NCBI GenBank assembly: GCA_965223905.1
Contig: CBDCXV010000011.1
Span: 1,792,001-1,856,000 of the forward strand
Direction of reading: 5' to 3'
Source of the DNA: Candidatus Latescibacterota bacterium
GTDB lineage: Bacteria; Latescibacterota; UBA2968; UBA8231
DNA: 64,000 bases
Part shown: one piece after another, positions 1-8,740 of the stretch
Numbering within the stretch: position 1 is the first letter of the stretch
Layout: each line of letters begins with the position of its first letter
The notes under the pieces: generated by a model
The model's database searches: none
Told to the model about the DNA's origin: nothing
What the model saw: the letters and a program-made list of their open reading frames with translations, nothing else
Translations under genes and position numbers: made by a program

Positions 1-742
1 CGGTCGCGGTGCCGCCGTTGGAGAGCGTGACGTGCAGCGGCGCCGGCACCCCGAGGCGGCGCATGCCGTCCTGGAGGTTGTTCAGGTAGCGCCCGGCCAG
101 CTGCTTCACGTAGGCGTTGGCGACCGTCGTCGAGGCGCGCTCGTACTCGCGCATCTGCGGAGCGACTGCATGGGAGGCGGAGACCGCGGCTCCCGGCAGC
201 AGCTCGGAGGCTATCGCCGCGGCGCGGCGCTCGTGGTCGGAGTTGGCGTAGGAGTGCAGAAAACAGACGGCCACCGCCTCGACCCCTTCCTTGGCCAGCA
301 GCCGGCAGGCTTCGCGAACCGTGGTTTCGTCCAGCTCCTCCAGCACCTCGCCGCGCGCGTTCAGGCGCTCCCTCACCTCGAGCCGCAACCGCCGCTCGAC
401 CAGGGGCTCGGGCAGCTCGAGGAAGAGGTCGTAGATGTCGTAGCGCCCCTCGCGGCCGATCTCCAGGGCGTCCCTGAAGCCGGCGGTCGTCAGCAGGCCG
501 GTACGCGCGCCCTTGCGCTCGATCAGGGCGTTGGTGACCAGGGTGGTGCCGTGGATCAGGCGCTCGACCTGCGCCGGCGGCACCCCGGCGGACTCCAGGG
601 CTTTCGCCGCCCCTTCCAGCACCCCCCGGGAGGGGTCGGGATAGGTGGTCAGCACCTTGGCGGCCGACAGGGACTCCCGGTCGGACCGGATCACCACCAC
701 GTCCGTGAAGGTGCCGCCGATGTCGATCGCGAGACTCGCCAT
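1..742 (-). CDS. Hydantoinase/oxoprolinase family protein (5' part; runs off the window start)
   Basis: Manual minus-strand translation from ATG at 742: MASLAIDIGGTFTDVV...HGTTLVTNALIERKGARTGLLTTAGFRD...VAVCFLHSYAN...EYERASTTVANAY, the Hydant_A_N/Hydantoinase_A motifs. Absent from the ORF track because there is no stop in the window. Confidence 0.9.
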   Translation of the reverse strand, partial: MASLAIDIGGTFTDVVVIRSDRESLSAAKVLTTYPDPSRGVLEGAAKALESAGVPPAQVERLIHGTTLVTNALIERKGARTGLLTTAGFRDALEIGREGRYDIYDLFLELPEPLVERRLRLEVRERLNARGEVLEELDETTVREACRLLAKEGVEAVAVCFLHSYANSDHERRAAAIASELLPGAAVSASHAVAPQMREYERASTTVANAYVKQLAGRYLNNLQDGMRRLGVPAPLHVTLSNGGTAT

Positions 743-750
743 GGCACCGT

Positions 751-1671
751 CTACCGCCACAGCTCCCGCAGCCGGGGCAGCAGGACCACTGTGTCCCGGT
801 CCCCCTCCTCGCCCCGCCAGCGGTCGTTCGTCAACTCGTCGGAACGGCCGTAGGACTCCCGGATCAGCTCGGGCAGGTCGAGCTGGTGGAAGCGGCAGGT
901 CATCCAGCCCCGTGCATCGAGCGCGATTTCCCGGAACCCGAGGGGGTAGCCGATCAGGCAGGCGGTGTCGAGGACGACGAGATCCCCCAGCATGCGGATG
1001 CGGTTGATGTGGCGGTGGCCGGTGAACGCCGCGACCACGGCAGGGCATTCGCGGAGGGTGGCGCGCAGCCGCGCCGCGCCCTCTATGCAACCGGCGTCTT
1101 CCCCGCCCCCTTCCGGTACGAAGTTGGGGTGGATCCAGGGGTGCTGAACGAGAATGAGCGCAGAGCCGGCGGCCAGGGCGTCGCGATTCGCCGCGCGCAG
1201 GGCGCCATCGAGCTCGTCGGTCCAGAGGCCCCCGCCTTCTCCATGGCCGGTGTGGTAGACGTTGGCGAGGGCGACCCGGAGGCGGGGGGCGACCTCGGCG
1301 ATCTCGAGGATGCCGGGAATCGGGAAGGTGCGGACCAGGGCATCGAAGGAGAAGTCGCTGGCTCTGCAGTCGTGGTTTCCCGGGACGTAGTGGACCGGAG
1401 CGTCGAACCCGGCGTAGGCCGCGGCGACGTCGCGCAGGGACTGCTCGTAGAGATCGTCCGGCAGCTCGAAGGCTGTTCCTCCGCACAACAGATCCCCCCC
1501 GTGCAGGATGAACTCCGGTTGCAGGGCGTTGACCGCGGGGACAGTGGCGGCCAGGACCTCCGGGGCGCGGGTGAGCATCTTCGGCGCCCCGAAATCCCAG
1601 GGGGCGTCCGGGTGGTAGTGGGTATCGGTGACGAAGGCGAACCGCGCTGCGATTCCGGCGTTTGTTTCCAT
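751..1671 (-). CDS. Calcineurin-like metallophosphoesterase
   Basis: Motifs DTH, GDL, PGNHD, QH and GHRH in the expected order. Confidence 0.85.
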   Translation of the reverse strand: METNAGIAARFAFVTDTHYHPDAPWDFGAPKMLTRAPEVLAATVPAVNALQPEFILHGGDLLCGGTAFELPDDLYEQSLRDVAAAYAGFDAPVHYVPGNHDCRASDFSFDALVRTFPIPGILEIAEVAPRLRVALANVYHTGHGEGGGLWTDELDGALRAANRDALAAGSALILVQHPWIHPNFVPEGGGEDAGCIEGAARLRATLRECPAVVAAFTGHRHINRIRMLGDLVVLDTACLIGYPLGFREIALDARGWMTCRFHQLDLPELIRESYGRSDELTNDRWRGEEGDRDTVVLLPRLRELWR

Positions 1672-1732
1672 TGTCTGGTTGCTCCAGATTGAGTGGCTCC
1701 AAAGAAAGGGACACCCACCGGGAAGGACAAAG

Positions 1733-2509
1733 ATGGACCTTCACGTACCGATTCTCGTCTACCACCACGTGTACCCCGACGACTCCGCGGAGCTGGCCGA
1801 TGCCGTTGCCGCGCGGACCGCCGGCGTCATCGGTCTGTCGGAGTTCACCCGGCACCTCCAACACCTGCGCGCCGGCGGCTGGACGGTGGCCGGCACCTCC
1901 CGCGTCGTCGACTGGCTCCTCGGCGAAACCGGGCTGTCCGGAAAGGCCGCGGTCCTGCACTTCGACAACGGCTGGCTCGACACCGGCACGGTGGTCAAGC
2001 CGCTCCTCGACGACTTCGGGTACACCGCCACCTGCTTCCCGATCACCGACGGCATCGAGGCGGCCAGCAGCGGGCGCTCCGCGGCGGTTCGCACCCTCAC
2101 CGAGGGGGTGGTCGAGAAGCCGTTCATGACCTGGGAGCAGGTGGCGCGGCTCGTCGAAGACGGCTGGGAGATCGGCGCCCACACGGCGACCCACTGCAAG
2201 CTGGCCGACCGGCACGCCGAGGACGGGGACGAGGGTGTAGTGCGCGAAGCCGAGCTGGCGAACCGGATCTTCGAGCGGCGCCTCGGGTTCGCCCCGAGCC
2301 ACTTCGCCTACCCGAGCGGCTCGCGCCACGAGCGCACCGACGAGCTGCTGAGCCGCTACTACCGCTCCCTCCGGCTCTGGCACTTCGAGCAGCCGGTGCG
2401 CTGGAGCTACACGCGCCGCAACACCCCGGTCACGGCCATCGACTGCCAGAACATCGATCTGCGCGTGTCGTTCGCGGAGTTCCGCAGGATCTTCGCCGGC
2501 GAGGAATGA
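1733..2509 (+). CDS. Polysaccharide deacetylase (NodB/CE4-like) family protein
   Basis: VPILVYHHV, LHFDNGW (variant of TFDDG), MTWEQV, GWEIGAHTATH, FAYPSG. ATG at 1733 follows GGAAGG. Confidence 0.85.
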   Translation: MDLHVPILVYHHVYPDDSAELADAVAARTAGVIGLSEFTRHLQHLRAGGWTVAGTSRVVDWLLGETGLSGKAAVLHFDNGWLDTGTVVKPLLDDFGYTATCFPITDGIEAASSGRSAAVRTLTEGVVEKPFMTWEQVARLVEDGWEIGAHTATHCKLADRHAEDGDEGVVREAELANRIFERRLGFAPSHFAYPSGSRHERTDELLSRYYRSLRLWHFEQPVRWSYTRRNTPVTAIDCQNIDLRVSFAEFRRIFAGEE

Positions 2510-2570
2510 GGGCGGCCGCAAGCGCACGGCTCGTTTCCGACGTGCCGCCCAGGTCACCGACGACAGAGGG

Positions 2571-2760
2571 ATGGTTGCATTGAAAACCATCACGGGCAGC
2601 GAACGCACTGCCCCGCCGGGCTGGGCGGTTCTCGAGCGGCGGCTGTTTCCGGGTGCGCCTGTAACCGGCCTCCGGGATCGAGCTCGACATCGGCATGCAG
2701 CGCGACGCCGCGACGCCGAGCTTCCGCTTTCCCTGGCACCGGGACGGGATCCCCTTCCGT
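2571..2760 (+). pseudogene. Internally deleted gene scar (apparent N-terminus fused out of frame to an apparent C-terminus)
   Basis: RBS AGAGGG then ATG gives MVALKTITGSERTAPPGWAVLERRLF. Another frame then reads FRVRL*PASGIELDIGMQRDAATPSFRFPWHRDGIP. Both pieces look protein-like; family assignment is from memory only. Confidence 0.4.
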
Positions 2761-2909
2761 CAGGACGGTTGCAGGGCGCATTCCGCGCTTCCTCCGTCCT
2801 GGCTGGAGCCGTCCCTTGCGGCCTCGCCTGCGGAGCGATTTTCAGCAACCCGCTCGCAGCGGTATCCCGCAACTGACCGATCCCTTGAAACAGGTGAGGA
2901 TGGCAGGCC

Positions 2910-5072
2910 TCAGCCGTACCCCACATTGCCGGTGAAGTAGTCGGCGACGAGCCACACCCCCATGCTGGTGACCTCGCCGCTGAGAATCCCGAGGAAAAAC
3001 GGCACGCTGCGGTGGTAGACGGAGCCCCCTCCAAGGCGCAGCACGCACACCTTGACCGCCCAGGCGAGAAAGACCGAGAACCAGACCCCGTCGGTCATGG
3101 GGTTGGCGCCGATCGGAAAGCCGATCGGGTGGAGGGGCCACCAGGACAGGCGGGCGCGGGCGAACATCATCAGCGCCATGACCACCCCTCCCCCGGCGAA
3201 GAATCCCAGACCCGGCCAGTACACCCCCCGGGGTTGGAGGTTGCGCACCGCATTCTGGTAGGCGGTCGCCGGACCTGACTTGAAGAACCAGCCGTTCATG
3301 TTGATGCCGCCGTACTGGTAGGTCAGGTGGAAAATCATCCACAGGGAGCCGAGCGCCCCGATCAGCAGCGCCAGGATGATCCCCCAGAACACCAGCCGCC
3401 GGCTGCGGCGGTCCATCTCCTCGATCATCTTGAGGGCGTTGGCGCAGGTGCCCATGACGAACACTTGGACGTCCGCAGCCCACAGGTAGGCCAGGGACAG
3501 GTTCATCACCCCGGTGGGACCGATCAGACTGGAGCCGACGCCTTGAATCACCAAGTCGGGCGCGCATATCGGGGCCCGCAGCAGGACCAGACCGGCCTCG
3601 ACTACGATGCGGGTAATGCCGATGAAAATCAGCAGCGCCGCGATGACGAAGAGCAACGAGATCCAGGCCGGGGTACCCATGATCCAGAGCCAGGTCGCCA
3701 TCACCAGCACGCCCCCCACGACCCCGAAAACGGCGCTGCGATAGGACATGATCTCGTCGCCGTCGTCGACGTGCGGCGCCAGACCGGCCGCTTTCAGCAC
3801 CACCGTTTTGAGATGACCGCGACCTATCCACAGGCCTACGAGGACCATCCCTATCAGCGCGCCGGTTCCCTGGTACCCGAGCAAAGGAAATCCGGCGACC
3901 CCGAAAGCGATCGTTTGCGACGACTTGATTCCGGCGATTTGGAAGAAGGCCTTCTGGAATTTGGCCACCATGTGAAAAACGCAGATTCCCAGCGCCAGGT
4001 GGGTGTGGATCAGGTACGAGAATCCCAGGGCGACGAAGTTGATGGACATGACGAGCGGCTGCACCCCGAGCAGGGAGGCGTTCCAGCTCAGGGACGGCTT
4101 GGGAACGTTGATTCCGTACGACTGGAGAGCACCCAGAAGGCCGACGAACATCGGAATCGACCACCCTATCCACATGGAAGGGCGCTTGAAGAAGCGGTTG
4201 ACCAGACGGTCGGATTCCTCGCCTCGGATCATCGCCAGCCCCACCTGCACGACGGGATAAGCGAGGCGTTCCCGCTCCATCCATTGACGCCGCAGAATCA
4301 CCGCGATCGACACCATCGTCACGTACAGGGCGAACAGGAAGACCGCCCACCACAGCAGCGGTTCAATCCAGGCGTCGTAGGGGATTTTCCCGCCTCCCAC
4401 GCCCTCGAAAAACAGTGCGTTGCCGGCCCCGTCGTCGACGACGACGCGCTTGTCCAGGTGTGGGAACAGCCTCTCCGCCCACCGGTTTTCCGGCGAGGCG
4501 TAGTAGAAGATGGCGCAGATGATTCCCGGCAGCTGCTCGCTCATCCCCATGGTGCAGAGGGCGGACACGATCAGCATCATGGCGTAGACGAGGATGAGCT
4601 CGGAGCGGTTGAGTGCGATGCTGCGCCCCCGCGTCACCGCGAAGAGGTTCGCCAGCGAGGCCAGCACCAGGAGGCTGGAGAAGATGAGGCCGGGAGAGTA
4701 CAGGTCGACGGCGTCGAACGGTTGGTACGCGTAGACCCAGGTTCCGGTCACAACCGCGGAAACGGCAGAGGCAGGGCCGACACCCTGGCCGGCCAGCTTG
4801 AAGAGCAGGTTCAACACCCCGGTCAGGAGGAGGAACAGGAAAATCCCCCCCCGGGTGTCGAAACCGGCGGACACGTAATCTGTCAGCACCATGTTGGCGT
4901 ACGGGGCGCTCGTGGCGAGGAAGAAGCTGAGCAGGCTGCCGACGCAGAATCCCCGCCAGGTGAGATCGCGCGATCGCAGTCCCAGCAGGGTGGCGCGGTC
5001 GCGCCGCGCCAGGTGTTCCTGGTGCTCGGCGGAGATGCCGCGGCTCGCGCTGCGGCGGAAGGCTTTGCTCAT
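2910..5072 (-). CDS. Polytopic membrane protein, DUF6785/DUF6784-like putative transporter
   Basis: 720 aa with many TM segments; family-typical motifs ILRRQWMERERLAYPV, ITRIVVEAGL, WWPLHPIGFP and PFFLGILSGE. Confidence 0.7.
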   Translation of the reverse strand: MSKAFRRSASRGISAEHQEHLARRDRATLLGLRSRDLTWRGFCVGSLLSFFLATSAPYANMVLTDYVSAGFDTRGGIFLFLLLTGVLNLLFKLAGQGVGPASAVSAVVTGTWVYAYQPFDAVDLYSPGLIFSSLLVLASLANLFAVTRGRSIALNRSELILVYAMMLIVSALCTMGMSEQLPGIICAIFYYASPENRWAERLFPHLDKRVVVDDGAGNALFFEGVGGGKIPYDAWIEPLLWWAVFLFALYVTMVSIAVILRRQWMERERLAYPVVQVGLAMIRGEESDRLVNRFFKRPSMWIGWSIPMFVGLLGALQSYGINVPKPSLSWNASLLGVQPLVMSINFVALGFSYLIHTHLALGICVFHMVAKFQKAFFQIAGIKSSQTIAFGVAGFPLLGYQGTGALIGMVLVGLWIGRGHLKTVVLKAAGLAPHVDDGDEIMSYRSAVFGVVGGVLVMATWLWIMGTPAWISLLFVIAALLIFIGITRIVVEAGLVLLRAPICAPDLVIQGVGSSLIGPTGVMNLSLAYLWAADVQVFVMGTCANALKMIEEMDRRSRRLVFWGIILALLIGALGSLWMIFHLTYQYGGINMNGWFFKSGPATAYQNAVRNLQPRGVYWPGLGFFAGGGVVMALMMFARARLSWWPLHPIGFPIGANPMTDGVWFSVFLAWAVKVCVLRLGGGSVYHRSVPFFLGILSGEVTSMGVWLVADYFTGNVGYG

Positions 5073-5217
5073 GGCACCGCTGCCCGGGAAGGGGAAACCG
5101 CTCAGGCCGCTCCGTCCCGGGTGGTTGGCAGGGGGGTGATCTCGAAGCCGCCCTCCCGAGTCGGGCCGGCGCCGCAGAGGGAAGCGCCTGCAAGTATCAG
5201 CAGTGGCACGGAGACCC

Positions 5218-5982
5218 TCAGATACAGCCCGGGATGCTCTCTCCCCGCATCAGCATGGCATCGTTCACCTTCCCGGGCGGGCCGGTAAAGCGGCAGCGGG
5301 CGCTTACGTAGTGGTTGGCGTACCCCCAGCGCCTTTTCCCGGTGAGGTTGGGTCGGCTGCTGTGCAGGATATGGCCGTGGTGAAAGCTGCAGTCGCCGGT
5401 CTTCAGCTCGATCGCCCGCTCCTCGGAAAGGTTGCCGTCGAGGGCGCGCCGTTCGTACTCCGCCCACTTCTCCCTGTCGAGAACCCCGAACCGGTGCGTG
5501 CCGGGCAGCATCCACAGGCAGCCATTGTCGATAGCGGCGTCATCGAGGGCGGCCCAGCAAGTGACCATGTCGGCAGGGTCGATATGGAAGCCGCACGGCT
5601 GATCCTGATGGTAGGGCTGGCACGAGCCGACTTTCGGCGGCTTCATGAACAGCTGATCCTGGATCAGTTTGATGTCGGGACCGAGAAGCGCCTCTATGCA
5701 GTCGAGGATCCTGGGATTGCGAGCGTGCGCTTCGAACACTGCGTCCTGAAATGCGACGTGGCCCATCTTGCGCAGCGACGCGGCGTAGCTGTTTGCCCGC
5801 AACTCACCCGATTCGACGAGCGGTTCAACCTGAAGCCGCTCAGCCGAAACCGGCGAGCCCCCTCCCGCCACCCACTCGATACGCTCCCTCAGCACCTCTA
5901 CCTCCCTGGAAGAGAGCAGATTCTCGACGATCAGAACGCCGTCCCGCTCGAACTGTTCGACCTGAGCAGCGGAAAGTCCCAT
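5218..5982 (-). CDS. Phytanoyl-CoA dioxygenase (PhyH) family Fe(II)/2OG oxygenase
   Basis: LSAAQVEQFERDGVL, KPP...HQD, WAALDDA..DNGCLWMLPGTH, H.S.PN...RR. Confidence 0.9.
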   Translation of the reverse strand: MGLSAAQVEQFERDGVLIVENLLSSREVEVLRERIEWVAGGGSPVSAERLQVEPLVESGELRANSYAASLRKMGHVAFQDAVFEAHARNPRILDCIEALLGPDIKLIQDQLFMKPPKVGSCQPYHQDQPCGFHIDPADMVTCWAALDDAAIDNGCLWMLPGTHRFGVLDREKWAEYERRALDGNLSEERAIELKTGDCSFHHGHILHSSRPNLTGKRRWGYANHYVSARCRFTGPPGKVNDAMLMRGESIPGCI

Positions 5983-5986
5983 CGCC

Positions 5987-6739
5987 CTACCTGCCGCGCG
6001 CGTACCCCCCGCCGGTCAGGAAGCCATGGCTCTTCGCCACCGCCTCGGTCATGTCGGTGGCGCAGCGGTCCAGCTCGACGATCCACCATTCGACGCGGTT
6101 TCGCCCGGCGGCGGCAATGCGGTCGAAGTCGGTGATCCCCTCGCCGAGCGCCTGCATGTCATCCTCGCGCGTGCACGGCCCGTCCTTCAAGTGGACCAGA
6201 GGGGCGCGGCTGCCGAGCTCGGCGATGACCCCGGCCGGGTCGGCGCCGGCGGTCTGCACCCAGTAGGCGTCGATCTCGAAGATGACGTCCGGGCTGAGGC
6301 GCGGCAGCGCATGTTTGTAGGCCAGCTCTCCGTCGACCTCGAGGAACTCCCACCAGTGATTGTGAATGCCGAAGGTACAGCCGCGCCCGGCGCAGTTCGC
6401 GGCTGCCTCGTTGAACAGGTCGCACGACTCCGCGATCCGCTCGATCGATTCGAACTGGTCGGGTCCGCGACCGGAGATGACGCGCCTGACGCCAAGAGCT
6501 TCCGCGGTTTCCAGCGACTCGGACAAGCTGTCGCCGGCAGGGAGCGGAAGGTGGGCGCTGCAGACCTCGAGCCCGAGGTCGTCGAACAGCTTTTTCGCCG
6601 CTTTGGCGGTGGTGCCGGGAAAGCCGGCCGGCTCGACGCCGAGGTAGCCGATCTCGGCGACCTTGCGGACCGCGGCTTCGTAATCCCGGGCCGCGGCTTC
6701 GCGGAGGGTGTAGAGCTGCAGGGCGATCGGTGCCGGCAT
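5987..6739 (-). CDS. Sugar phosphate isomerase/epimerase (AP endonuclease 2 TIM barrel)
   Basis: IALQLYTLRE, GYLGVE, HNHWWEF, FEIDAYW, HLKDG, IVELD. Confidence 0.85.
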   Translation of the reverse strand: MPAPIALQLYTLREAAARDYEAAVRKVAEIGYLGVEPAGFPGTTAKAAKKLFDDLGLEVCSAHLPLPAGDSLSESLETAEALGVRRVISGRGPDQFESIERIAESCDLFNEAAANCAGRGCTFGIHNHWWEFLEVDGELAYKHALPRLSPDVIFEIDAYWVQTAGADPAGVIAELGSRAPLVHLKDGPCTREDDMQALGEGITDFDRIAAAGRNRVEWWIVELDRCATDMTEAVAKSHGFLTGGGYARGR

Positions 6740-6935
6740 GGGTCCTTCTTTCGGTCGGGTCATGGAAACAACGCCTCAAAGAAGCGTTGATCTTAACTAC
6801 ACTCCGGATCTTGTGAAACTCCAAACTTGCTCGCTGTATGTACTTCGTTTGCGGTCCCCTCCCGAGAAGGCGCCGGTGGCGGCTCGACCGACATCATCGA
6901 TACCGAATTTTCACAGGCGCTGCAAGTGACGTGGC

Positions 6936-6995
6936 AAACCGCGGCCATTGCGGCCGTTGCAGGAGATACGCGACATCCTGGCGCTGGAGCGGGAG
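6936..6995 (+). pseudogene. Probable remnant of the extreme 3' end of a type I R-M hsdM gene
   Basis: One frame reads KPRPLRPLQEIRDILALERE, resembling the HsdM C-terminal motif (YKP.PLR.LEEIRADILALE.E). No upstream body is present. Confidence 0.45.
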
Positions 6996-7069
6996 CGAGA
7001 AGTTGCGTGCCTCGCCTGTCAGCCCGTATGCTGTGAAGCAGGGCAGAAAACTGAGGGAGGCTGTGGTCC

Positions 7070-8699
7070 ATGAAGAACATTACCGTATCTGCCGGCGACG
7101 AGACCTGCCGGCTCTCCCGCTTTTTCAACACCGCCGGCCCCATTCAGGCGGAAATTCACTACTACGTTCCACCCCTGGCGCGGCTCGCCGCCGCCGACCT
7201 CCTGCTGCTTATCCGGCAGCGGAAGTACTTCGTCCTGCATGCGCCGCGTCAGACCGGCAAGACCTCCGCACTGCTCGCGCTGAGGGACGAGCTCAACGTC
7301 GGCGGCGAGTTCCGCTGCGCCTACGTCAACGTCGAGATCGGCCAGTCCGCCCGGGAGGACGTGGCCGCGGCCATGCGAGCCATGCTCGGTCAGATGGCCT
7401 CGGAGGCAGAGTGCGTTTTGAGCGACCCGACCCTGGGGAAGATGGGTCTCGACACCCTCAAGGCATTCGGCCCGCACGAAGCTCTCCGAGGGACGCTGGC
7501 CCGTTGGTCGCAAGCCGACGCCAAGCCGCTGGTGCTGCTGATCGACGAGATCGACACGCTAATCGGCGACACCTTGCTGGCGGTGCTGCGGCAACTGCGC
7601 GCCGGCTACCCGGAGCGGCCGCGGCGCTTTCCCCAGAGCGTGATCCTGTGCGGGGTGCGCGACGTGCGCGACTACCGGATTCAGTCGTCCGCTGAAAACG
7701 CGATTATCGCCGGCGGCAGCGCCTTCAACATCCGCGCCGAGTCCCTGCGGCTCGGGGATTTCTCGTGCGACGACGTCGAGTCCCTGCTGGGGCAGCACAC
7801 CGCAGAGACCGGCCAAGCGTTCACGAACGATGCGCGCACCGCGATCTGGGAGCTGACCCAGGGCCAAGCCCTGGCTGGTCAACGCGCTGGCCTACGAAAC
7901 CTGCTTCAAGAACAAGGCCGGCCGCGACCGCGGCCGGGAGGTGACCGCCGAGGCCATCCAGGACGCCCGCGAGCAATTGATCCTGCGCCGCGAGACCCAC
8001 CTCGACCAGCTTACCGACAAGCTCCAGGAGGAGCGCGTGCGCCGGGTGGTCGAGCCGCTCCTGCAGGGCGCCGACGCCGTGGGATCGTTCGCCGACGACG
8101 ACCTGCAGTACGTCCGCGACCTCGGCCTCGTGTGCGCTGACGGCCCCATCGCCATCGCCAACCCGATCTACCGCGAGGTGATCCCGCGCGCCCTCACCTG
8201 GACCACCCAGGCAGGTTTGCTCCACGACCCGGCCTGGTACGTCGACGACCGCGGCGCCCTGGAGGCGGGCAAGCTGCTGGCCGCCTTCCAGGAGTTCTTC
8301 CGCGAGCACTCCGAGCACTGGGTGGAGCGCTTCCAGTACAAGGAGGCCGGACCGCAATTGCTGCTGCAGGCGTTTCTCCAGCGCATCCTCAACAGCGGCG
8401 GCCGCATCGAACGCGAATACGGCCTGGGGCGCATGCGCACCGACCTGCTGCTCATCTGGCCGCTTCCCGCTGCCGGGGGGACGCAGAAAGCCGTCATCGA
8501 GTGCAAGGTGCTGCACCGGGGCTTCGAGCGGACCCTGCGCGAGGGCCTCGAGCAGACGCGCGCCTACATGGAGCGCTGCGCCGCGGCCGAAGGGCACCTC
8601 GTGCTCTTCGACCGCACCGAGGGCAAGTCCTGGGAGGACAAGCTGTACCGCCGCGACCAAACCGAAGGCGGCACCCCGGTCACGGTGTGGGGGATGTGA
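7070..8699 (+). pseudogene. AAA-family ATPase with C-terminal PD-(D/E)XK-like nuclease domain, copy A (one +1 frameshift at about 7866)
   Basis: FFNTAGP, Walker A HAPRQTGKTS, Walker B LVLLIDEID, C-terminal IEREYGLGRMRTDLLL...VIECK. GGGCCAAGCCCTGG at 7861 has one extra A relative to copy B (GGCCAGCCCTGG, GQPW), splitting it into ORFs 7070-8140 and 7941-8699. Confidence 0.85.
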
Positions 8700-8740
8700 G
8701 CGGTGCCGGGCCTGACCTTGTCGATCAGGAGTTGCAGCAT

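Noticed and set aside
32-853. 273-aa plus-strand ORF, and the many other long overlapping ORFs (e.g. 3327-5288 +, 8921-11752 -, 17001-19232 -, 29577-32099 -, 32885-36376 -)
   Set aside because: Antisense or alternative-frame shadows of motif-bearing genes, expected in high-GC DNA; no recognisable motifs.
5102-5215. Possible small ORF (VSVPLLILAGASLCGAG...) between the PhyH and transporter genes
   Set aside because: No convincing start or RBS, and it is the tail of a shadow ORF; insufficient support.
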